Below are positions 8,010-17,074 of a DNA stretch of 57,344 nt, in pieces. The DNA is from Collinsella sp. (GTDB taxonomy: Bacteria > Actinomycetota > Coriobacteriia > Coriobacteriales > Coriobacteriaceae). The position numbers and the translations under genes were made by a program. The notes beneath the pieces were generated by a model. The model ran no database searches, had not been told where the DNA came from, and saw only the letters and a program-made list of their open reading frames with translations. The stretch lies in NCBI GenBank assembly GCA_019419405.1, contig DYAA01000106.1:1-57344 (forward strand), read 5' to 3'. Position 1 is the first letter of the stretch, and each line of letters opens with the position of its first letter.

Positions 8010-8054
8010 CTCGTAAAGCGGGGGTCACCGGTTCGAGCCCGGTCGCTGGCTCCA
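8010..8054 (+). other. attR: duplicated 3' half of tRNA-Thr(CGT)
   Basis: CT-CGT-AA anticodon loop, AGCGG stem, GGGTC variable loop, T-arm ACCGG-TTCGAGC-CCGGT, acceptor CGCTGGC-T-CCA. No complementary 5' half upstream. Confidence 0.88.
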
Positions 8055-8065
8055 TTGCACAAGAT

Positions 8066-8088
8066 AGCCGCCTTCGGGCGGCTTTTTT
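8066..8088 (+). terminator. Intrinsic terminator (originally of the tRNA gene)
   Basis: AGCCGCC-TTCG-GGCGGCT followed by a T run, right after the CCA end. Confidence 0.85.
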
Positions 8089-8262
8089 GTTGCTGATTTC
8101 GGGCGCGCTTCCGCCAATCCAAGCACAACGCCGCCGGAAACTCTCCTACTCAACAAAAGCCCCGCCAACCGCAATCCCCAAAGGAACCGCGTTCAGCGGG
8201 GCCCAAGCGAGCTCCCCCAAGGGATAACGCTCGCAACACGAACAGCTCAGCCGAGCAGCGCG

Positions 8263-8736
8263 CTACTCCTCCCAGTAAGCATCTGCAAGCAGCTTAAAGC
8301 AAATCTTCTTGACCGGCTGCGCGCCATCGCCCTGGAACTCGAGCGTGGGCATGTGAGGCTCGCCGGCAACAAACAGCGCAAACTTGTCGTCAGCAAGATC
8401 GCCGGCGATCGAGGCGTCGGAATCGACCAGATCGTAGTCGTCCTTCTCGTCAAACTCCTGAACCAGCGTCAGGCTGCCCGTGGCAACCTTAAAGGCCTCG
8501 CGACCCTCGACGTCGATCTGCAGGTCGTGATAGCGCTGATGCGTCTCATAGTGAGCCTCGGCTTCGGGACGCGTCGTGGGAGCCATGACGTTCGCAAAGA
8601 CCTTGTCGCCCAGAATCGGATGGCTGCCGACCTCGAGCTTCGCCGGATCGTTCTCCTCGAGCCAGTCGATCAGCACGTCGAGGCCCTTGAGCATTCCACG
8701 GTACTCCTCGATATCGCCCAATGCACCGTAAATCAT
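8263..8736 (-). CDS. YhcH/YjgK/YiaL (DUF386) family protein
   Basis: YETHQRYHDLQIDVEGRE and F..GEPHMP...VKKICFK motifs. Lies in an amino-sugar cluster. Confidence 0.88.
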   Translation of the reverse strand: MIYGALGDIEEYRGMLKGLDVLIDWLEENDPAKLEVGSHPILGDKVFANVMAPTTRPEAEAHYETHQRYHDLQIDVEGREAFKVATGSLTLVQEFDEKDDYDLVDSDASIAGDLADDKFALFVAGEPHMPTLEFQGDGAQPVKKICFKLLADAYWEE

Positions 8737-8768
8737 CTAAATCCCCTCTCGGATCGTTTCTTTGGCGG

Positions 8769-8906
8769 CTACTCGGCAAACGCATTACCGACGCTGTTGC
8801 CACCCACATGCGTCTCGACCAGGGTAAGGTCGGGATTGAACACGACAGTGTCGGCGTCGCGCCCCGGCATAATGCTACTGCACTTGTCGTCGACATGAGC
8901 TGGCAA
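8769..8906 (-). pseudogene. Remnant duplicate of the nagA 3' end (~45 codons)
   Basis: Translates to PAHVDDKCSSIMPGRDADTVVFNPDLTLVETHVGGNSVGNAFAE*, versus the nagA end AHIEDKCGSIMPGRDADFVVFDHELTLVETYVGGQSVGNAFTD*. Confidence 0.9.
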
Positions 8907-8933
8907 CCGATGCCGGGGCCGCAGCACAAGCTC

Positions 8934-9869
8934 CTACAGCTCGGTCACGACAACGCCGTTGTAAACCTCGTCCCAACGATCCATAACCAAGTGGCCAGTC
9001 ATGGGATCCATGGCATTGAGTTTGCCGCAGGTGTTGGCGGTACGCAGCACCGTCTCGTCGTCGGCGCCGGCAGCAATCGCATGTGCGAAGCCGGCAATGG
9101 TCGAATCGCCAGAGCCCGTAGCGTTAACGGCGGGGATATCGGGGGTCTTGGCGCGGAACGCACGGCCGTTATGGAAACCAACGGAGCCGGCAGCGCCCAT
9201 AGATACGACGACCCAGGGGATATCGGAGAAGCGGGCGTCAGAGGCGAGCGCGGAACGGAGCTCGTCCACATCGTCGGTGGTAAAGCTCGTGCCCAGAAGG
9301 CCGTTAATTTCGGTCAGGTTAGGCTTAACCAGCTCAGGCTTGACCTCGGACTTGAGCGCAGCCTCGAGCGAGGCGCCCGAGGTATCGAGCAGCACCTTGG
9401 CGCCGGCGTTCTCGGCAATGCCCGTGATCTTGGCGTAGTAGTCCGCCTCGACGCCGCGGGGCAGCGAACCCGAGATGGTAACGACATCGGCCTTGCTCGC
9501 AAGCTCGGCGAACTTGGCGGTAAAGGCATCGAGCTCCTCGGGGGCAATCGTCGGGCCGCTCTCGAGCAGCTCGGTCTGGTTGCCGGCGTGGAGGATGTTG
9601 AGACAAATGCGAGTCTCGCCCTTGATGGGCACAAAATCATTCTTAATGCCGTTAGCATCCATGAGCTCGGCCATATAGGCGCCCATATGACCACCAAGCA
9701 AGCCGGTTGCCACGACATCGTCGCCCAGCTGGCCCAGGACGCGGGCCACGTTGAGGCCCTTACCGCCGGCGGTCTTTTCGGGCGTCACGCGGTTGACGTC
9801 GTCGATAATGAGCTCATCGAGCTGATAGCGCGTATCGACGGACGGGTTCATCGTAACGGTGAGGATCAT
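8934..9869 (-). CDS. lacC: Tagatose-6-phosphate kinase / 1-phosphofructokinase-family (PfkB)
   Basis: MILTVTMNPSVD, AGGKGLNVARV, KPNLTE, NATGSGDS motifs. AGGAG RBS before ATG 9869. Confidence 0.88.
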   Translation of the reverse strand: MILTVTMNPSVDTRYQLDELIIDDVNRVTPEKTAGGKGLNVARVLGQLGDDVVATGLLGGHMGAYMAELMDANGIKNDFVPIKGETRICLNILHAGNQTELLESGPTIAPEELDAFTAKFAELASKADVVTISGSLPRGVEADYYAKITGIAENAGAKVLLDTSGASLEAALKSEVKPELVKPNLTEINGLLGTSFTTDDVDELRSALASDARFSDIPWVVVSMGAAGSVGFHNGRAFRAKTPDIPAVNATGSGDSTIAGFAHAIAAGADDETVLRTANTCGKLNAMDPMTGHLVMDRWDEVYNGVVVTEL

Positions 9870-9928
9870 TTCTAGCTCCTTATCTCGCAGGCTCCTTATG
9901 CCTTGCAAAACGAATTGGCTACATGCGA

Positions 9929-10810
9929 CTACAGAATCTCGATTGTGAACGAGCGCACGATGGTTTCTTTGGGCTTGGCGATAAGGCAGCCGCGCTTGTG
10001 CTCAAGCACGTCGTCCTCATCGGAGCAGGTCGAAAGACCGCCCCAGGGCTCAACTGCCACAAAATCACCCTCGGGCTTGCTCCACACAATGAGGTACGGG
10101 AAGCCCTCAAAGCTCAGGCGAACACCCTTGTCCTCGCCCTTTTTGGAAAGCGTGACCTGACGGCTCTCGAGCACGTCAAAGATGGTCTCCGCAAAATCGA
10201 AGAGCTCATGTGACAGAGGCAGCGTCTTTCCCACCATGGGGTTCTTGGAGCGGTTGGTCACGTCAATCAAGCCAGTCGAGGGGACGGCAGCGCAAAGCTC
10301 AGCAGCCTCGTCTTTCTCAAAACGCAACTCGTAGTCCGTATAGGCCTCGCCCTCATCGAGCGGGCACCTAAAGCCGGGGTGTCCACCGATAAAGAAAGGC
10401 ATGTCCTCGGTGCCCTCGTTGGTAACCTCATAGGAGACGCGCACGGCGGCGTCCTCGAGCGTATAGCGGGCGACAAGCTTAAACGGATACGGATAATCGC
10501 TCAGCAGCGCGGCGTTATCCTCCGAAGCCAGGCACATCGCCAGCTCGTTCTCGCTCTGGCTCAGCAGCTTCCACTCCTGTTTGCGCGCAAACCCATGGCG
10601 GGCGAGCTTCACATGATGTCCGGCAAACGTCATGGCGCTGTTATCGCGCAAACCTCCGCAAATCGGGAAGCAAATCGGTGCCTGGCCGGACCACACGGCG
10701 GGATCGCCCTGCCACAAGTACTCGCGACCTCCAGCCTCAATCGAGGTAAACGAACCACCGGCCGTGGAGACCTTGATAGAAATCGAATCGTTGGAGAGAG
10801 CGTATTCCAT
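9929..10810 (-). CDS. Aldose 1-epimerase family protein (LacX-like)
   Basis: EYLWQGDPAVW..QAP..FPICG, RHGFAR, GGHPGF, FVAVEPW motifs. Confidence 0.9.
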   Translation of the reverse strand: MEYALSNDSISIKVSTAGGSFTSIEAGGREYLWQGDPAVWSGQAPICFPICGGLRDNSAMTFAGHHVKLARHGFARKQEWKLLSQSENELAMCLASEDNAALLSDYPYPFKLVARYTLEDAAVRVSYEVTNEGTEDMPFFIGGHPGFRCPLDEGEAYTDYELRFEKDEAAELCAAVPSTGLIDVTNRSKNPMVGKTLPLSHELFDFAETIFDVLESRQVTLSKKGEDKGVRLSFEGFPYLIVWSKPEGDFVAVEPWGGLSTCSDEDDVLEHKRGCLIAKPKETIVRSFTIEIL

Positions 10811-10966
10811 TGTCCATCCTTTCGAACAACTGCTTTTTGCTCGCAAGAACCCGTCTCGGCCCTGACCAAAGGACAAACCCGCACGTTCATCGATGCGTCC
10901 GGTTTCCCAGCCATGCAACGGGGTACCATACAGACATTGATGCAATTACAGCTGAAAGGCCTTCTT

Positions 10967-11551
10967 ATGCGAACCATCATCCTTTATGCCTCACACCACC
11001 ACGGCAATACGAAAAAGCTCGTGGACGCCATCGTCGAGGCGCACCCCGAGATCGATACCCTCGACGTGAAGTCACTCGGTAAAAACGAGTACCCCGACCT
11101 GCACGAATACCATCTGATCGGTGTCGCCACGGGCATCTATTACTCCGAGATCGACAAGGACATGGCACGCGTGCTCACGAACGTGCTGCAGCCGCAGGAC
11201 AAGGTGTTTGGCCTTATGACCTACGGTGGCAAAAACAAGTGGTACGGCAAGGATATCGATGGCATCTGCCGCATGAGGCAGGCCATCTTTATGGGCGTCT
11301 ACGGCTGTCCCGGCTTTGATACGTGGGGGCCGTTCAAACTCACCGGCGGCGTCCAGAAGGGACACCCGACCGCTGAGGAAATTAAGGGCGCCGTCGACTT
11401 CTTCGACAAGATCGAAGACGAGTATGGCGACATCATCGTCGAAGAGTACGCCAAGCGCGAGAAGCGTCTAGCATACGAAAAGGAGCATCCCGCGGGGGGT
11501 CTTGTGGCCGGCGTCAAGCGCACGGCAAAGAAGATCGTTAACAAGCTGTAA
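10967..11551 (+). CDS. Flavodoxin-family protein
   Basis: IILYASHHHGNTKK FMN-loop-like motif, IGVATGIY, GFDTWGPFKL.GG..KGHP. GAAAGG RBS. Confidence 0.85.
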   Translation: MRTIILYASHHHGNTKKLVDAIVEAHPEIDTLDVKSLGKNEYPDLHEYHLIGVATGIYYSEIDKDMARVLTNVLQPQDKVFGLMTYGGKNKWYGKDIDGICRMRQAIFMGVYGCPGFDTWGPFKLTGGVQKGHPTAEEIKGAVDFFDKIEDEYGDIIVEEYAKREKRLAYEKEHPAGGLVAGVKRTAKKIVNKL

Positions 11552-11626
11552 CTGTTAAGGTGCTTTTGAGCGTTTAACCCATACGGCGGGTCCGAGCAGA
11601 TTCGGGCCCGCCGTCTTTTTCTATCG

Positions 11627-12796
11627 TTAATCGGTAAAGGCGTTGCCGACGCTCTGGCCGCCAACATACGTCTCGACGAGGGTGAGCTCATGGTCGAACA
11701 CGACAAAGTCGGCGTCGCGACCCGGCATGATGCTGCCGCACTTATCCTCGATGTGCGCAGAGCGAGCCGGCACCTCGGTTGCCATGCGAATGGCGATATC
11801 AGCGCTGGCGATGCCCCAATCGACAATGTTCTTGACGCCCTGGGCAAGCGTGAGCACCGAGCCGGCAATGCTTTTGCCGTCGGCGAGCCAGCACAGGTTG
11901 TCCTTCATGATGACGTCCATGCCACCACTGGTGTAGCTGCCCTCGGGCATGCCGCCGCAGCCCAGGCAGTCGGTGATGAGCACCGTGTGCTGCCAGCCCT
12001 TTGCCTGCAGCAGTGCCTTGATGGCGGCAGGGTTTACGTGCTTGCCGTCACAGATGATCTCGGCGTAGGTCTCGGGCGTGGACATGGCAGCACCCACGAC
12101 ACCGGGCTCACGGTGATGCAGACCGCGCTGGCCGTTATAGGTATGCGTAAAGCAGCTGGCACCGGCATTGATAGCGGCGATGCACTCATCGTAGGTGGCG
12201 TCGGAGTGACCGATGCTGGTCACCACGCCCTTGGCGTTCAGAGCAGCCGCATAAGCAGCGGCACCGTCGCGCTCGGCGGCCATGGCGCTCTTAACGATGC
12301 GACCGCCCGCAGCCTCCTGCCACTGGTCGAAAACCTCCTCGGAGGGGTCAATCAGGTAAGCGGGGTTCTGCGCGCCCACGTGCTTCATGGTAAAGAAGGG
12401 GCCCTCCAGGTAGATGCCCTGAATGCGGGCACCGCAGAAGTCGGGGCCGCGGCCCTCGTCAGCCTGGGCGATGGCGGCGCAGGCATCCTTGATCTGCTCG
12501 ACGCCATCGGTGAACGTCGTGGGCAGCCAGCTGGTGGTACCGCGACGGGCGAGCTCGGTTGAGCTGATATCGATGCCCTCGGGATCGTTATCGGTAGTTG
12601 AGTGGTTGTAGAAGCCATGGATGTGAGTATCGACCATACCCGGTGCGATCCACGATCCCGTGTAGTCCTTAATCTCGCAAGAGGGCTCGTCGGCCTGCCA
12701 GGCGCCAAAAACGCCATCCTCGACCATAAGATAGCCGCCCAGTTGCGGGCCTGCCGGCAAGAAGAACTTGTCAGCCTTAATTGCGTACGTGCTCAT
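11627..12796 (-). CDS. nagA: N-acetylglucosamine/galactosamine-6-phosphate deacetylase
   Basis: PGMVDTHIHG, YLEGPF, GHSDA, THTYN, HHREPG, DGKHV, IAGS motifs. Confidence 0.95.
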   Translation of the reverse strand: MSTYAIKADKFFLPAGPQLGGYLMVEDGVFGAWQADEPSCEIKDYTGSWIAPGMVDTHIHGFYNHSTTDNDPEGIDISSTELARRGTTSWLPTTFTDGVEQIKDACAAIAQADEGRGPDFCGARIQGIYLEGPFFTMKHVGAQNPAYLIDPSEEVFDQWQEAAGGRIVKSAMAAERDGAAAYAAALNAKGVVTSIGHSDATYDECIAAINAGASCFTHTYNGQRGLHHREPGVVGAAMSTPETYAEIICDGKHVNPAAIKALLQAKGWQHTVLITDCLGCGGMPEGSYTSGGMDVIMKDNLCWLADGKSIAGSVLTLAQGVKNIVDWGIASADIAIRMATEVPARSAHIEDKCGSIMPGRDADFVVFDHELTLVETYVGGQSVGNAFTD

Positions 12797-12913
12797 ATGC
12801 ACTCCTCGCTTCTAAAGCAGTTGACTGTGGTAATGCTTATACCCAGCTCACGTAAAACAAAAAGCGCCCGCCCGCCGTTATGAGCGGACGGGCGCCCTTA
12901 CAGGGGGACGCGA

Positions 12914-14080
12914 TTAAGCGGTGAAGGGGTGAATCGTCACGCCCTTAACCACGCGGTTGACCGTGCCGGTGGGGCTCGGCGTATCGGGCGTGTTGCCCAC
13001 GCGGACGGAGTTGAGCAGGCTGATAGCCTGGGCAAACATCACGAACGGCAGAGCAAGGTAACCCTCGGGAAGTGCCTCGTAGCCCTTAAAGGTGAAGGAC
13101 TCACCCTCATAGACGGTGGCACCTTCCTGCTGAACGGCGATGGTGTGCTGAGCGATCTCGTCGCCACCGATCTCGTTGAGGATGTCGATGTCGTACTGAC
13201 GGGTGTAGGCGTCGTTGTTGACGAACACGAAGACGAGCGTCTTATCGTCGACGAAGGACTTAGGTCCGTGACGATAGCCCATGGAGGTGTCGTAGGAAGT
13301 AGCGACCAGACCGTGAGCGAGCTCGAGGATCTTGAGCTGGCTCTCCTGAGCAAGGCCACCGAAGGAGCCAGAACCCAAGTAGGTCACGCGGTTGAAATCG
13401 CCAGCCAGGTAATCGGCGATCTCGGGCTCACGGGAGATGACCTCCTCGCCCATCTTGGCAATCGTCTCGACCCACTCGGCCTTCTGCTCGTCAGAGGCAG
13501 TGTCGAAAATAAGGGTGGAGAGCAGGGTCATGCAGGAATAAGAACCGGTCATGGCGAAGCCCTTGTCGTTGGCGCGCGGAATGAGCAGCGTCAGCGCATT
13601 GGGATCATCGGCAGACTCGACGGCAAGCTTGCCCTCGGGAGCGCAGGTGATGTTGAGGAACTTGACGTTGTGGACGAGCTCCTTGGCAACGGCAACGGCG
13701 GCAAGGCTCTCGGGGCTGTTGCCAGAGCGGGCAAAGGAAACCACGAGCGTGGGATCCTCGGCGCGCAGGAAGTCGCGCGGGGCGCTCACGATGTCGGTCG
13801 TGGCGATGGGCTTAAAGTCGTAGAGATCAGTGTTGCCAGCGTGACGCAGGTACGGGGCGCAGGTATCGCCAACGTAGTCGGACGTACCGGCACCGGTGAA
13901 GACAACGGACAGACGACCCTCGCCCATAGCGCGAGCCTCGGCCAGGAAGGCCTCGATGGCCTCCTTGTTCTCGCGATAGATGTTGAGCGTATCACGCCAA
14001 AGCTCGGGCTGCTGAGCAATCTCGGCCGTGGTGATCTGGGCGCCGAGCTCGGTGAGCTCCTCGACACTCTTCTCGAACAT
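12914..14080 (-). CDS. agaS: Galactosamine-6-phosphate isomerase, double SIS domain
   Basis: EIAQQPELW, TGAGTSDYVG, SFARSGNSPES, FAMTGS, RHGPKS, PDTPSPTGTVNRVVKGV. Confidence 0.92.
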   Translation of the reverse strand: MFEKSVEELTELGAQITTAEIAQQPELWRDTLNIYRENKEAIEAFLAEARAMGEGRLSVVFTGAGTSDYVGDTCAPYLRHAGNTDLYDFKPIATTDIVSAPRDFLRAEDPTLVVSFARSGNSPESLAAVAVAKELVHNVKFLNITCAPEGKLAVESADDPNALTLLIPRANDKGFAMTGSYSCMTLLSTLIFDTASDEQKAEWVETIAKMGEEVISREPEIADYLAGDFNRVTYLGSGSFGGLAQESQLKILELAHGLVATSYDTSMGYRHGPKSFVDDKTLVFVFVNNDAYTRQYDIDILNEIGGDEIAQHTIAVQQEGATVYEGESFTFKGYEALPEGYLALPFVMFAQAISLLNSVRVGNTPDTPSPTGTVNRVVKGVTIHPFTA

Positions 14081-14141
14081 TTCTAATACCTCTCTCTAGA
14101 AGTAATCCTCTGACGTGCAATTATACACTTCGGTTGGTTAT

Positions 14142-14154
14142 CTGGTAGTAACCA
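14142..14154. promoter_or_regulatory. Putative GntR/HutC operator upstream of agaS
   Basis: CTGGTAGTAACCA pseudo-palindrome, with an identical copy at 18435-18447. Confidence 0.7.
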
Positions 14155-14194
14155 GTTAAATGCAAAGAATCACCATATGGAAACGATGCGAGCA

Positions 14195-14926
14195 CTAGTT
14201 ACTGCGCTGGTGGTAAACCTTGTATTTAAACTGATCGGCACGAGCAACCGAAAGTGTGTACTCCACTACCTCGTTTGACTCGTTATACGTAGTCCTGACC
14301 AAATCGAGCACAGGCGAGCCCTCGACAATTCCCAAAAGGTGGGCATCGGTGGGACGGGCTATGCTCGCATAGAACTCCTCTTCGGCCACGCGAATCTTTT
14401 GCTGAAAGTCCTGCTCAATCACATCGTAAAGCGGCTTACGCTCCAGCAGCGGTCGCTTTAGGGACAGAAATTGACGAACCGGTAGATAGCTGCGTTCGAC
14501 CATCATGGGCATGTTGTCGGCAGAGCGAAGACGCTTGAGCTTAAAAATGCGATCACCGATGCGCAATCCCATATGCTCGGCCAGATTCTTATCGGCCTCC
14601 ATCTCGCAAAACTCGAGAATCGTGGTCTCGGGTTCTCGACCCATCGCGCGCATCTGCTCGGTAAAGCTGTAGGACTGCATAAGATTGGTTGCTTTTGCCG
14701 AACGGTCGGTCACAAAGGTACCGCGACCGTGCTGCCGAACCACCAGTCCTAAACGCTCCAGTTCCTGCAGAGCCAGGCGTACCGTAGTGCGCGAGAGACC
14801 ATAGCGCTCCGAAAGTTCGCGCTCGGAAGGAATCATGTCACCGGCGCGATATTCATGGTCAATCTTTTCGGTCAGAATATCGACCAGCTGATCGTACAGC
14901 GGTTGCTTACGCGCTCCGATCGCCAT
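14195..14926 (-). CDS. GntR-family (HutC/UTRA) transcriptional regulator
   Basis: PSERELSERYGLSRTTVRLAL...HGRGTFV HTH, followed by SFTEQM and a UTRA-type C-domain. Confidence 0.95.
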   Translation of the reverse strand: MAIGARKQPLYDQLVDILTEKIDHEYRAGDMIPSERELSERYGLSRTTVRLALQELERLGLVVRQHGRGTFVTDRSAKATNLMQSYSFTEQMRAMGREPETTILEFCEMEADKNLAEHMGLRIGDRIFKLKRLRSADNMPMMVERSYLPVRQFLSLKRPLLERKPLYDVIEQDFQQKIRVAEEEFYASIARPTDAHLLGIVEGSPVLDLVRTTYNESNEVVEYTLSVARADQFKYKVYHQRSN

Positions 14927-15111
14927 CCTATCCTCCCTTTTGCTCGAATTCGGCTAACTACCTAGGGTGTTATGCATTATCTGTCTGCCACACCCGAATC
15001 ATTAAGAAAACAAAAGCCGCGCGCTCTTTCGAGCACGCGGCTTTTAACATACACATGGCTTAAGGGGTCGGGGTGTGAGCCGCGTAGGGACACACCCCTC
15101 AAGCTAGAGCC

Positions 15112-16194
15112 TTACCAGATGCTCGGCCAGAGACCAAGCGGGCCAGCGCCCAGGATGCCAAGGACGAAGAGCAGGAGAATGCCCTTGGTCGGGGTCCAGC
15201 TGTGCTTAGCGAACATGTAGTAAAGCAGCAGCGTAAGCATAAGCGGGACGAGCTTCGGGACGATGGTGTTGAGGGTGTCGGCAACAGAGAAGTTGACCGG
15301 ATCCTCGGTAACGGTGCCGTAGGTCACGGACTCCATGCCGTTACCCAGATCGGTGACGCCGCACTCGACAGCGTTGCCGTCGGCATCGGAAGCGGTAAGG
15401 GCGTTGCCGTCCTTATCGGTCATGGCGATGGTACCGGCCTCAGCGGTCTCGGTATCGATGCCCTCCATACCGGTGAAGTTCTCGGCCTCCTTCTCGGAGA
15501 CGATCACGGTAGTAGCGGAGAGACCACGGGTGGTGCCGTTGGGGATCTGGAGGTTGATCTGGGTGCCACCCATGGTGACGACCAGGCAACCGACGACGAA
15601 GACGCCCATGATGGAAGCGGCACGCGTGAAGGCCTGCATGTTGGCGGTCAGAGCGTCAATAGCGCTGGTGCCAAGCTTGTAGGACCAGTTCATGAGCCAG
15701 AAGCGCAGAGCGAACTGGACGACGTTGAAGATCACCAGGAAGATGATCGGTGCAGCGGCGTTGCCGTTGATGGCCATGTTGGAGGTGATGCCGGCCGTGA
15801 TAGGCACGAGCGTCAGCCAGAACAGGGCGTCACCGATACCACCGAGCGGGCCCATTGCGGCGACGCGGACGGCGCGGATCGTGGGGATGTCAACCTTGTT
15901 CTGCTCGAGCGAAAGCACGATGCCCATAACAAAGGTGACAAGGAACGGGTGGGTGTTGAAGAACTCCAGGTTGTGGCTCATGGAAGCCGCGAGGTCGTTC
16001 TTGTTGGTGTGGATCTTCTCCAGACCGGGGATGATGGAGTAAAGCCAGCCAGCGGCCTGCATGCGCTCGTAGTTGAACGATGCCTGCAGGAAGCAGGAGC
16101 GCCAAGCCATCTTGTTGAGGGTCTTCTGGTCGAGCTGCGGAGCAGGAGTGAGATCCTCGTAGTGCTCCGGGATCACATACTCATTAGATGCCAT
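15112..16194 (-). CDS. PTS mannose/fructose/sorbose-family IID component (GalNAc-type)
   Basis: QASFNYERMQ, FFNTHP, MGPLGGIGD motifs. Confidence 0.93.
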   Translation of the reverse strand: MASNEYVIPEHYEDLTPAPQLDQKTLNKMAWRSCFLQASFNYERMQAAGWLYSIIPGLEKIHTNKNDLAASMSHNLEFFNTHPFLVTFVMGIVLSLEQNKVDIPTIRAVRVAAMGPLGGIGDALFWLTLVPITAGITSNMAINGNAAAPIIFLVIFNVVQFALRFWLMNWSYKLGTSAIDALTANMQAFTRAASIMGVFVVGCLVVTMGGTQINLQIPNGTTRGLSATTVIVSEKEAENFTGMEGIDTETAEAGTIAMTDKDGNALTASDADGNAVECGVTDLGNGMESVTYGTVTEDPVNFSVADTLNTIVPKLVPLMLTLLLYYMFAKHSWTPTKGILLLFVLGILGAGPLGLWPSIW

Positions 16195-16984
16195 CTTCGA
16201 AGTCACCTCCGTCAGAAACAGCTGCACCCTTCAGCTCGGTCTGCTGCTGGAAGTCCCAGAAAGCGATGCCGAAGCCGATGAGAGCGAGGATGAGCAGAGC
16301 AGGGGTTGCCAGCGAATCGTTGGCAACGGTGATGAGCGCGAGGCCAAAGCCCATGAGGAAGAAGCCCCACATATCGCGGTTCATCATAACCTTGAGCAGG
16401 ACGGCGAAGCCGACGAAGCGCATCATGCCGCCTGCAGCGGAGAGACCGGTCTGCAGCCAAGTCGGGATGGCAGAAGCGATGGTCTGACCGATGGTAGCGC
16501 CAGCGATGAAGAACAGGGTGACGACGACAGCGAAGATCAGGCCGAGCAGAGCCATGGCGAAGTAGTTCAGGCGCTCGATGCCCTTGGTGTCCGCGTTGTG
16601 AGCCATGTTATCGGCCGTGGACATAAGCGGGGACATAAGCGTGAAGACCAGGGTAACGCCAAGCTGGCCAAGCAGAGCGAACGGAATGGCGAGGCCGACT
16701 GCCGCGTTGGGCTCGAGGCCCGTGGCGATAGCGAGAATGGCTGCCATGATGCCGCCGATGACGGCGTTAGGCGGCTGAGCGCCTCCGATCGGCATGTTGC
16801 CGATCGTCATGAGCTGATAGGTACCACCCACGAGAAGACCGGTGTTAAGGTCGCCAAGGATAAGACCGATGACGGCGCCGGTGACGATGGGCTGATAGAG
16901 AGACTCGAGGAAGTCAAACTGGTCGATTGCCGCGATGAACGTGACGACGAAGACCAGAGCGATCTGGATGATCGAGTATTCCAT
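16184..16984 (-). CDS. PTS mannose-family IIC component
   Basis: QPIVTG..IGLILGD, GGAQPPN, GGMMRFVGFA; multi-pass membrane protein. Confidence 0.93.
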   Translation of the reverse strand: MEYSIIQIALVFVVTFIAAIDQFDFLESLYQPIVTGAVIGLILGDLNTGLLVGGTYQLMTIGNMPIGGAQPPNAVIGGIMAAILAIATGLEPNAAVGLAIPFALLGQLGVTLVFTLMSPLMSTADNMAHNADTKGIERLNYFAMALLGLIFAVVVTLFFIAGATIGQTIASAIPTWLQTGLSAAGGMMRFVGFAVLLKVMMNRDMWGFFLMGFGLALITVANDSLATPALLILALIGFGIAFWDFQQQTELKGAAVSDGGDFEDGI

Positions 16985-17074
16985 CTTGCTCCTCCTTTCA
17001 AAATGTATGTACGCACTTTGGATTTCACGTACAGAACGTCAGGGTTTCACTCCTGACAACGTGGATCACGAGGA

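Larger units (their letters stand above)
1..8054. mobile_element. Integrative mobilizable element (right arm) integrated at tRNA-Thr(CGT); left end outside window
   Basis: Tyrosine integrase sits next to a tRNA 3'-half duplication. Xis-like, helicase, MobC, T4CP, relaxase and oriT-like features lie inside, and housekeeping genes resume after 8054. Confidence 0.88.

Noticed and set aside
7975..8054. Intact tRNA-Thr gene
   Set aside because: The sequence upstream of the anticodon loop cannot form the acceptor 5' strand, D-arm or anticodon 5' stem. Only the 3' half is present.
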